DNA from: Nevskiales bacterium
GTDB lineage: Bacteria > Pseudomonadota > Gammaproteobacteria > Nevskiales > DATLYR01
Assembly (NCBI GenBank): GCA_041620675.1
Contig: JBFKCG010000002.1
Span: 1-35,970 of the forward strand
DNA length: 35,970 nucleotides
Direction of reading: 5' to 3'
Shown here: one piece after another, positions 28,496 through 35,970 of the stretch
How positions within the stretch are numbered: the stretch's first letter is position 1
How the letters are laid out: every line of letters begins with the position of its first letter
Program-made: the position numbers and the translations under genes
Notes under the pieces: generated by a model
The model's input: only the letters and a program-made list of their open reading frames with translations
What the model was told of the DNA's origin: nothing
Database searches by the model: none

Positions 28496-30856
28496 ATGCG
28501 CACGTTTGGGCTGATTCTCCTGACAGCAGCGGTATATTACGTTGCCGGCAGGCTTGGCCTGCTGCTTGCCATCCCGCCCGGTTATGCCACTGCGGTCTGG
28601 CCGGCCTCAGGCCTTGCTTTGGCTGCCGTCCTTCTCGCAGGGTACCGGGTGTGGCCAGGTATCCTGCTGGGCTCTTTTCTTGTCAACGCCTATACCGCCC
28701 ATGATGCCAGCCATGCTGAGGCACTCATGCAGTCGCTGGGCATCGCTAGCATTATTGGCATGGGCGCTGCGTTACAGGCCCTGGCGGGTGGCTGGTTAAT
28801 CAAGCGCTTTGTCGGCTACAGGAATATCCTGACCCAGGGCTTGTCGGTCATCACCATGCTCTTGCTGGCTGGGCCAATCAGCTGCGTGATCAACGCAAGT
28901 ATCAGCGTGACGACGCTTTGGTTGGCGGGCAGCATCCCGACAACAAACTACCTGTTCAACTGGTGGACTTGGTGGGTGGGCGACTCCATCGGCGTACTGG
29001 TATTCACCCCGCTGGCGCTGATTATGTCCTTGCGTCCAAGCCGGGAGTGGCGACGTGAACAGATTGCGGTAGCTGCACCACTGATAGCGGTGTTTGCGGC
29101 AGTTGTCTGGCTGTTCGTTTTCGTCAGCCAGCGCGAAGAACTCGGGATCAGGGCTGAATTCGAAAAATGGTCCTACAGCTTCTCGCATGAACTGGAGAAG
29201 GATCTTGGCATTTATCGAAACATGCTGTCGTCCCTGACCGGCCTGTTCATTGGCTCGGAAGTGGTCACCAAGGAGGAATTCTCGCAGTTTAGCGCGCTTA
29301 TCCTTGAGAATAATTCGGAGGTGCAGGGGCTGTCCTGGAATCCTCTTGTGTCCGGACCTGAGCGTGATGCCTTCGAGCAGGCGCAGCGGGCGGGAGGTTA
29401 CCCGGACTATCAAATCTACGTGGTCGATGAGACGGGCAGTCGCGTGCCTGCGCCACCAAAGGACAGCTATTTCCCGGTCCTGTATGTGTTTCCGCTGGAA
29501 GAAAACAGGCGCGCGCTGGGCTATGACATTAGCTCCGAACCGACGCGAAAACGAGCCATCGACCTTGCGCTGCAATTCTCAAACCGTGCGACCGCGACGG
29601 GGCCGATCAAACTCGTCCAGCGCGATGGCGATGAGTATGGACTGTTGATCATTGAGCCGATCTACAGAAATCACCAGATCAAGCAGGGCCTCGAGGGCTT
29701 CGCCATCGTGGCGATTCAGGTCAGCGATATCATGAGAAATGCATCCAGCCGTGTTGCAGACACCGGCCTGCATGCGCTGGCCTACGACAACACCGATCCG
29801 CTTAATCCTGTGCTCATCTATTCAAATATGCCGGAGATGACCAAGCATACTCCTGGCAAAAACATGCAAAGGATGCATACGATCAATTTGGCTGGTCGAG
29901 ACTGGGTGATTGATTACCACTTGTCAGAAGATTATCTCGCGGCAAATCCTTCTTGGCAGGCATGGTCCTTGCTGGCAACCGGGTTGTTGTTTACGGCATT
30001 GCTTGGGATATTCCTGCTGCTGTCGATTGGTTATACGGCACGGGTGACCACGCTGGTGTCAGAACGAACTGCCCAGCTCAACAAGTCGAATGCCGCATTG
30101 CAGCTCGAAATTGCAGAACGAAAGGTCTTGCAGCAGGAGGCAGATAAACGCTCACGCCAGCTAAGCGAAAAAAACGAGGAGCTGGAGCGGTTTGCCTACG
30201 TAGTGTCGCATGACCTGCAGGCCCCCTTGCGCGGTATAGCTGGCTTTGCTGACCTGTTGCAGGAGCGCTATTCAGCCAAACTGGGTGCGGAAGGCCGGGA
30301 GTTCCTCAACTTTGTCTCGAATGGCACGAAGCACATGCACCGCATGATTGCTGACATTCTCGAGTTGTCACGAGTCGGTACAAGTGAAATGCAGTTCAAG
30401 CCTGTGGATACGGGAGCAGTTGTACAGCAGGTCTGCAATACATTGAGGATGGACATCGAGCGCTCCGCTGCGCGAGTGCAGCATGAGTCGCTTCCGACTG
30501 TCAGGGCAGACGAAGGTCAGCTGGTATTGCTGTTTCAGAACCTGGTTGGGAATGCCATCAAATTCTGTTCGAAAGAATGCAAGCCTGAGATCCGCATCAC
30601 TGCACAGCGCGAGTCCGAGGGCTGGCATTTTAGGGTCGAGGACAATGGCATCGGTATCGCGGAGGACAAGCAGGCCAGGTTATTCAACTTGTTCGTGCGG
30701 TTGCATACGACCGAGGAATATACGGGGACTGGCCTGGGCCTCGCCATCTGCAAGCGCATTATCGAGCGCCACAACGGGCATATCTGGCTTGAATCCAAAC
30801 AAGGCGTGGGGACGACCTTCCATTTCGTCTTGCCAGCTACAAGCTCAGATGCCTGA
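28496..30856 (+). CDS. Sensor histidine kinase: MASE1 membrane domain, periplasmic CHASE domain, TM, HisKA, HATPase_c
   Basis: 786 aa:
- N-terminal MASE1 signature: AVYYVAGRLGLLLAIPPGYATAVWPASGLALAAVLLAGYRVWPGILLG.
- CHASE-like region (about residues 225-480): LSWNPLVSGPERDAFE...YFPVLYVFPLEENRRALGYDISSEP.R..A.
- TM helix at residues 488-513, then a coiled coil.
- H-box FAYVVSHDLQAPLR (His codon at 30209-30211).
- N/G boxes NLVGNAIKF, DNGIGI, GTGLGLAICK. Confidence 0.9.
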   Translation: MRTFGLILLTAAVYYVAGRLGLLLAIPPGYATAVWPASGLALAAVLLAGYRVWPGILLGSFLVNAYTAHDASHAEALMQSLGIASIIGMGAALQALAGGWLIKRFVGYRNILTQGLSVITMLLLAGPISCVINASISVTTLWLAGSIPTTNYLFNWWTWWVGDSIGVLVFTPLALIMSLRPSREWRREQIAVAAPLIAVFAAVVWLFVFVSQREELGIRAEFEKWSYSFSHELEKDLGIYRNMLSSLTGLFIGSEVVTKEEFSQFSALILENNSEVQGLSWNPLVSGPERDAFEQAQRAGGYPDYQIYVVDETGSRVPAPPKDSYFPVLYVFPLEENRRALGYDISSEPTRKRAIDLALQFSNRATATGPIKLVQRDGDEYGLLIIEPIYRNHQIKQGLEGFAIVAIQVSDIMRNASSRVADTGLHALAYDNTDPLNPVLIYSNMPEMTKHTPGKNMQRMHTINLAGRDWVIDYHLSEDYLAANPSWQAWSLLATGLLFTALLGIFLLLSIGYTARVTTLVSERTAQLNKSNAALQLEIAERKVLQQEADKRSRQLSEKNEELERFAYVVSHDLQAPLRGIAGFADLLQERYSAKLGAEGREFLNFVSNGTKHMHRMIADILELSRVGTSEMQFKPVDTGAVVQQVCNTLRMDIERSAARVQHESLPTVRADEGQLVLLFQNLVGNAIKFCSKECKPEIRITAQRESEGWHFRVEDNGIGIAEDKQARLFNLFVRLHTTEEYTGTGLGLAICKRIIERHNGHIWLESKQGVGTTFHFVLPATSSDA

Positions 30857-30905
30857 CTGCGGGTCAGGCTGAAGATCGTGACAATCGCCGGTGAATTGTT
30901 TGTGG

Positions 30906-33287
30906 TCAGGCTTTCTGGCCTGCCAGATACATCCAGGTTTCCACCACGGTGTCCGGGTTGAGCGACATGCTTTCGATGCCCTCCTCAAGCAGCCACTTGG
31001 CGAGGTCTGGGTGATCCGAGGGGCCCTGGCCACAGATACCGATATATTTCTTCTGCTTGCGGCAGGCTGTAATTGCCATATGCAGCATGGCTTTGACTGC
31101 CGGGTCACGTTCATCGAAGAGGTGGGCAATGAGGCCAGAGTCCCGGTCCAGGCCGAGTGAAAGCTGTGTCATGTCATTGGAGCCGATGGAGAAACCATCG
31201 AAGTACTCCAGGAACTGTTCGGCCAGGATCGCGTTGGATGGCAGCTCACACATCATGATCAGCTTTAGCCCTGCCTTGCCACGTTCAAGTCCGTTTAATG
31301 CGAGGGCTTTTGTCACCTTCTCGGCTTCGCCTAGCGTGCGGACAAACGGGATCATCACCTGTACGTTGTTCAGGCCCATCTCTTCTCGGACATAGCGCAA
31401 GGCACGACATTCCAGGTCGAAGCAGGGCTTGAAGGAGTCGGCCAGATAACGAGAGGCACCCCGGAACCCGATCATGGGGTTCTCCTCGTGGGGTTCGTAA
31501 TCCTTACCGCCGATCAGGTTGGCATATTCGTTCGACTTGAAGTCGGACATGCGGACAATCACCGGCTCGGGCGCGAATGCGGCTGCAATGGTGGCAATAC
31601 CCTCAGCCAGGCGCTTGATGAAGAACTCCACGGGATCGCCATAGGCAGCGATATGGCTGCGGATGGTTGACTGTATATCGTGTGGCTGCTGGTCAAGCTC
31701 CAGCAGGGCCTTGGGGTGTATCCCGATCATGCGATTGATGATGAACTCCAGTCGCGCCAGCCCGACGCCCTTGTGGGGCAGACCACAGAAATCGAAGGCA
31801 CGCTCGGGATTGCCGACGTTCATCATGATCTTGACCGGAATCTGCGGCATTTTTGCGAGCTCGATCTCATCCACGGCAAACTCGATCTGGCCGGAATAGA
31901 CGAAGCCCGTGTCACCTTCCGCACAAGACACGGTGACTGGCTGGCCATCACTCAATGACTCGGTGGCGTCGCCACAGCCTACGACGGCTGGAATGCCCAG
32001 TTCACGGGCAATGATGGCAGCATGGCAGGTGCGCCCACCGCGGTTGGTGACAATGGCCGAAGCCCGCTTCATGACGGGTTCCCAATCAGGATCGGTCATG
32101 TCTGTGACCAGCACATCGCCAGGCTGAACCCTGGCCATGTCCTTGATGCTGGCGATATTACGCACCGGCCCCGAGCCTATCTTTTGGCCAATCGCCCGCC
32201 CTTCGGACAGGACCTTGCCATGTCCTTTTAACTTGTAACGCTGCAGCGTATTGGCGGTTGCGCGGGATTTCACTGTCTCTGGACGGGCCTGCAGGATGTA
32301 AAGCTTGCCATCGTTGCCGTCCTTGCCCCACTCGATATCCATCGGCCGGCCGTAATGCTGTTCAATGATCACGGCCTGCCTGGCCAGGGATTCGATATCA
32401 GCATCCGTCAGGCAGAATACCTGGCGTTCAGCAACGGGCACTTCAACAGTTTCTACTGTTTTGCCGATACGCTTGTCCTGCGAGTAAACCATCTTGATGG
32501 CTTTGGCGCCGACGGTGCGGCGCAGGACAGCAGGACGATTCGCTTCCAGGTTGGGCTTGTAGACATAAAACTCGTCTGGATTCACCGACCCCTGAACCAC
32601 CGCTTCACCCAATCCCCACGATGCGGTGATGAAAACCACATCCTTGAACCCGGATTCGGTATCGATGGTGAACATGACACCGGAGGCGCCTGTGTCTGAG
32701 CGTACCATCCGCTGGACGCCGGCAGACAGCGCAACCAGGCTGTGCTCAAAGCCCTGGTGAACGCGATAGGAAATGGCGCGATCGTTGAATAGCGATGCGA
32801 AGACATCCTTGATGGCGTGCATGACATTATCCAGTCCACGCACATTCAGGAACGTTTCCTGCTGGCCTGCGAAAGAGGCATCGGGCAGATCCTCAGCAGT
32901 TGCAGAGGAACGCACGGCGAACGAGGCATTGGGACCGCTGCTTTCAACCAGTGCAGAGAATGCCGTGCAAATTTCGTCCTCGAGTTGCTTGGGGAAGGGG
33001 GCGTCCACGACCCATTTGCGGATTTGCGCGCCGGTCTTGGCAAGGGCGTCAACGTCCTCCACATCCAGCTGCTTCAGCGCGGCATCGATCCGCTCGTCCA
33101 GCTTGTCATGGCGTAGGAACTCCCGGTACGCTTCGGCAGTGGTCGCAAACCCGGTCGGTACACTGACTCCCGCCTGGCTGAGCTGGCTGATCATTTCGCC
33201 CAACGAGGCATTCTTGCCGCCGACGTGTTCGACGTCGGTCATGCGGAGTTGGTCGAACCCGATTACATAGCTGTTTGGCATGGACAT
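30906..33287 (-). CDS. ppsA: Phosphoenolpyruvate synthase (pyruvate, water dikinase)
   Basis: 793 aa with [11 protein letters not shown] at the N-terminus, the phosphohistidine swivel motif [21 protein letters not shown] and a C-terminal PEP-utilising TIM barrel ([12 protein letters not shown]). Confidence 0.97.
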   Translation of the reverse strand: MSMPNSYVIGFDQLRMTDVEHVGGKNASLGEMISQLSQAGVSVPTGFATTAEAYREFLRHDKLDERIDAALKQLDVEDVDALAKTGAQIRKWVVDAPFPKQLEDEICTAFSALVESSGPNASFAVRSSATAEDLPDASFAGQQETFLNVRGLDNVMHAIKDVFASLFNDRAISYRVHQGFEHSLVALSAGVQRMVRSDTGASGVMFTIDTESGFKDVVFITASWGLGEAVVQGSVNPDEFYVYKPNLEANRPAVLRRTVGAKAIKMVYSQDKRIGKTVETVEVPVAERQVFCLTDADIESLARQAVIIEQHYGRPMDIEWGKDGNDGKLYILQARPETVKSRATANTLQRYKLKGHGKVLSEGRAIGQKIGSGPVRNIASIKDMARVQPGDVLVTDMTDPDWEPVMKRASAIVTNRGGRTCHAAIIARELGIPAVVGCGDATESLSDGQPVTVSCAEGDTGFVYSGQIEFAVDEIELAKMPQIPVKIMMNVGNPERAFDFCGLPHKGVGLARLEFIINRMIGIHPKALLELDQQPHDIQSTIRSHIAAYGDPVEFFIKRLAEGIATIAAAFAPEPVIVRMSDFKSNEYANLIGGKDYEPHEENPMIGFRGASRYLADSFKPCFDLECRALRYVREEMGLNNVQVMIPFVRTLGEAEKVTKALALNGLERGKAGLKLIMMCELPSNAILAEQFLEYFDGFSIGSNDMTQLSLGLDRDSGLIAHLFDERDPAVKAMLHMAITACRKQKKYIGICGQGPSDHPDLAKWLLEEGIESMSLNPDTVVETWMYLAGQKA

Positions 33288-33300
33288 TACTTCTTAAAAG

Positions 33301-34125
33301 ATGGACCACAAGCGCCCGGTTTTCTTCATTTCCGATCGTACCGGCATTACCGCCGAGACGCTCGGACATACCCTGTTGACCCAGTTTGACGATTCCGACT
33401 TCAAGCAGATGACGCTACCGTTCATCAACTCCGCTGATAAGGCACGCACCACGGTCGAGTACGTCAATCATGCGGCAAAAGCCAGTGGTTTGCGCCCAAT
33501 TATATTCAGTACGACGGTCAGTGACGAGATACGCGCCCTGTTGCGGGCGGCCGATGCCCTGTTCCTGGACCTGTTTGACACGTTTATCGGGCCAATAGAG
33601 CAGGAATTGCACGTCAAGTCCTCGCATACCGTCGGACGAGCCCATGGCGTATCCAACGAGGACAGCTACAAAACCCGCATGGACGCCATGAATTATGCCC
33701 TGCATCATGATGACGGCCAGACCGTCAAGGACTACGATCGGGCCGAGGTTATCATCATAGCGCCGTCACGTTGTGGCAAGACGCCCACGTGTATTTACCT
33801 TGCCATGCAGCACGGGGTTTTTGCAGCCAATTACCCACTGACCGAAGAAGACCTGGAAAGGGCTCGCTTGCCCCCGAGCTTGCAGCGTTACCAATCCAAA
33901 TTATACGGTCTGACAAGCGAGGCCGGGCGCTTGCACCAAGTGAGAAATGAACGACGGCCGGGGAGCAAATATGCCTCGCCCCATCAGGTAAGTTTCGAGC
34001 TGAGGCAGGCCGAGCAGCTCTACGTGCGCAATAACGTCCCGTTCGTGAACTCCGCCAATATGTCGATCGAGGAGATCGCGACCTTGATCATGCTGGAGAA
34101 AAAGATCGAGCGCCGCCACTTCTGA
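33301..34125 (+). CDS. ppsR: PEP synthase regulatory protein (bifunctional kinase/pyrophosphorylase, DUF299)
   Basis: 274 aa with VFFISDRTGITAETLGHTLLTQF and the P-loop-like IIIAPSRCGKTPTCIYLA. It is divergent from ppsA as in enterobacteria. Confidence 0.93.
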   Translation: MDHKRPVFFISDRTGITAETLGHTLLTQFDDSDFKQMTLPFINSADKARTTVEYVNHAAKASGLRPIIFSTTVSDEIRALLRAADALFLDLFDTFIGPIEQELHVKSSHTVGRAHGVSNEDSYKTRMDAMNYALHHDDGQTVKDYDRAEVIIIAPSRCGKTPTCIYLAMQHGVFAANYPLTEEDLERARLPPSLQRYQSKLYGLTSEAGRLHQVRNERRPGSKYASPHQVSFELRQAEQLYVRNNVPFVNSANMSIEEIATLIMLEKKIERRHF

Positions 34126-34200
34126 ACCTGCTGGGCCATCAATCATTCATACCCTGTGCATACGAATTAAATCTTTACTTAGAGACTGAGGAAAACTCCG

Positions 34201-35925
34201 ATGAGTCATTCAAGAAAAAAGCGTGGTCCGGGACTTTCACGCCGTGATTTTCTCCGGAATACGGGATTGGTTGGTACGGCCGTAGCCATGCCATGGTTGC
34301 CAGCCTGCGGCGGATCCAAGGGGGGCAGGGATTATCTGCCGACTGAGTCTGATGGTTCAACGGATAGTCGCGCAGTTGCCTACAACCATGGCGTTGCTAG
34401 TGGCGACCCATTGACTGATCGGGTGATCCTCTGGACACGTGTGACGCCGGCACAGGGTGGCAGCTTGAGTGTGGATTGGCTAGTCGCTACAGACCAGCAA
34501 CTGACCAACATTGTGGCCAAGGGCACTGCCATAACGACCGAGAGCGTGGATTATACGGTCAAGGTAGACCCGACCGGCCTGCAGCCCGGGACGACGTACT
34601 ACTACCGTTTTAGCTGCAATGGCTTCAAATCCCCCATCGGGAGAACCAAAACGGCTGCCGTGGGATCCCCTGACAGATTGCGCTTTGCGGTGGTTTCCTG
34701 CGCCAGCTACCCGCATGGTTTCTTCAATGCCTATAAGCGGATTGCAGAGCGCCCCGACCTCGACGCCGTGATTCACCTGGGCGATTACATCTACGAATAT
34801 GGAAACCAGCAGGGACAGTATGGCGCCAATGTTCAGGCGGGCGGTCGTAAGTATGCTCCTGAGCACGAAATGCTCTCATTGGAGGATTACCGCACGCGCT
34901 ACGGGCACTATCGGCTGGACCCGGACTTGCAGGAACTGCACCGCCAGTACGCATTTATCAACGTCTGGGATGACCACGAATCCACCAATGATTCCTGGGA
35001 AGGTGGTGCCGATAACCACAATGATGGTGAAGGGGACTGGTTTGCGCGCAAGGCAATTTCAATCCAGACCTTCTACGAGTGGCTGCCAATCCGCGAGATT
35101 GAAGTTGGCAATCCCGCGAGGATATACCGGCGTTTCACCTACGGCGATCTTGTGGACTTGCTGATGTTGGATACTCGCTTGCTGGCGAGGTCTGAGCAGC
35201 TTCCAGCAACCGTGGAGCCTCCTGGTTTTCCAGTTGGTGTGTTCCAGCACCGGGGCGAGTATCTGGACCCAAACAGGCAGCTATTAGGGCCGAGCCAGGA
35301 AGCCTGGCTTGCCAATCAGTTACTGAGTTCCTCCGCACGATGGAAATTGCTTGGGCAGCAGGTCATGTTTGGACACCTCAAGGTGGTCGGAGCACCTGAG
35401 GCTACCGGCCTGAGCCAATACCTCAATCCCGACCAGTGGGACGGATACCCCATTGCCCGGAAGCGAATCTTTGACATTCTTTCCGGTGCAGCCGGCACAG
35501 CCAAGATCAACAATGCGGTGATTCTGACTGGCGATATCCATACCTCGTGGGCAATGGATATCACGGAGGATCCTAACAATCCTGCGGTTTATAACCCCCT
35601 GACTGGGGATGGCTCACTGGCAGTTGAATTCGTCACTCCCTCGATCACTTCGCCAGGATTACCGGATTTCGCGGTTTTCTCGAATGTTCTGCCCGCTGAA
35701 AACCCGCACATGAAATATATCGACCTTGCTGCGCATGGTTACGTATTGCTCGACATTACGCCACAGCGTATACAGTCGGAATGGTGGTACGTCGATAATA
35801 TCCTCGCGCCCAGCAAGAATGAGCGCTTTGCGCGGGCTTTTGCGTCTGCCGATGGTGCCAACAGGGTCAAGTCAGTGGCCGCGCCGAGCGAACCAAGGCC
35901 GAACCCGCCTGCATTGGCCCCCTGA
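34201..35925 (+). CDS. phoD: Alkaline phosphatase D family (PhoD) with a Tat signal and lipobox
   Basis: 574 aa with a twin-arginine signal SRRDFLRNTG followed by the lipobox LPACGG. It has a PhoD N-terminal domain (GVASGDPLTDRVILWTRV) and metallophosphatase motifs (HLGDYIYEY, VWDDHE, LTGDIHTSWA). Confidence 0.9.
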   Translation: MSHSRKKRGPGLSRRDFLRNTGLVGTAVAMPWLPACGGSKGGRDYLPTESDGSTDSRAVAYNHGVASGDPLTDRVILWTRVTPAQGGSLSVDWLVATDQQLTNIVAKGTAITTESVDYTVKVDPTGLQPGTTYYYRFSCNGFKSPIGRTKTAAVGSPDRLRFAVVSCASYPHGFFNAYKRIAERPDLDAVIHLGDYIYEYGNQQGQYGANVQAGGRKYAPEHEMLSLEDYRTRYGHYRLDPDLQELHRQYAFINVWDDHESTNDSWEGGADNHNDGEGDWFARKAISIQTFYEWLPIREIEVGNPARIYRRFTYGDLVDLLMLDTRLLARSEQLPATVEPPGFPVGVFQHRGEYLDPNRQLLGPSQEAWLANQLLSSSARWKLLGQQVMFGHLKVVGAPEATGLSQYLNPDQWDGYPIARKRIFDILSGAAGTAKINNAVILTGDIHTSWAMDITEDPNNPAVYNPLTGDGSLAVEFVTPSITSPGLPDFAVFSNVLPAENPHMKYIDLAAHGYVLLDITPQRIQSEWWYVDNILAPSKNERFARAFASADGANRVKSVAAPSEPRPNPPALAP

Positions 35926-35970
35926 GGTCCTTGAGCGATTCAGGTAACCACATCAGGTGATTGCTTGCCG

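Noticed and set aside
28796-29575. 259-aa ORF on the minus strand
   Set aside because: It is antisense to the MASE1/CHASE region of the histidine kinase and has no recognisable motif, consistent with a shadow ORF.

Overview
This window looks like a tightly packed core-chromosome segment of a moderately GC-rich Proteobacterium. The beta/gamma-like synteny (dnaB-alr, ffh/ypjD/corC-family, rpsP-rimM-trmD-rplS) is an inference from gene order. I support 36 protein-coding genes:
- Replication and repair: dnaB (3' end only), radA.
- Cell envelope: alr, dgkA, lpxB, an NlpC/P60 lipoprotein, sppA.
- Translation and secretion: ffh, the S16-RimM-TrmD-L19 operon.
- Redox defence: msrA, a 2-Cys peroxiredoxin followed by trxB, grxD.
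- Biosynthesis: metC, nadC, argD-argF, queH.
- Central metabolism: icd, and divergent ppsA/ppsR.
- Signalling: a three-gene two-component/c-di-GMP module.
- Phosphate scavenging: a Tat-lipoprotein PhoD phosphatase.

By eye I found no rRNA, tRNA, CRISPR array, IS element, integrase, phage gene or recognisable defence island. Every intergenic gap is 247 bp or shorter. Gene packing is extreme: two convergent pairs overlap at their stop codons, and two divergent pairs have start codons 13 and 17 bp apart.

I do not see a clear novel multi-gene system. The observations most worth a second look are:
1. An isocitrate dehydrogenase fused in frame to a C-terminal CBS-pair module.
2. The REC / REC-GGDEF-degenerate-EAL / MASE1-CHASE histidine kinase operon.
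3. An NlpC/P60 lipoprotein whose nucleophile Cys is replaced by Ser.
4. A 31-aa membrane micro-ORF, too short for the ORF track, just upstream of a stand-alone PuuD-N-terminal-like membrane protein.

All functional calls rest on motif recognition in the supplied translations. No database search was possible.
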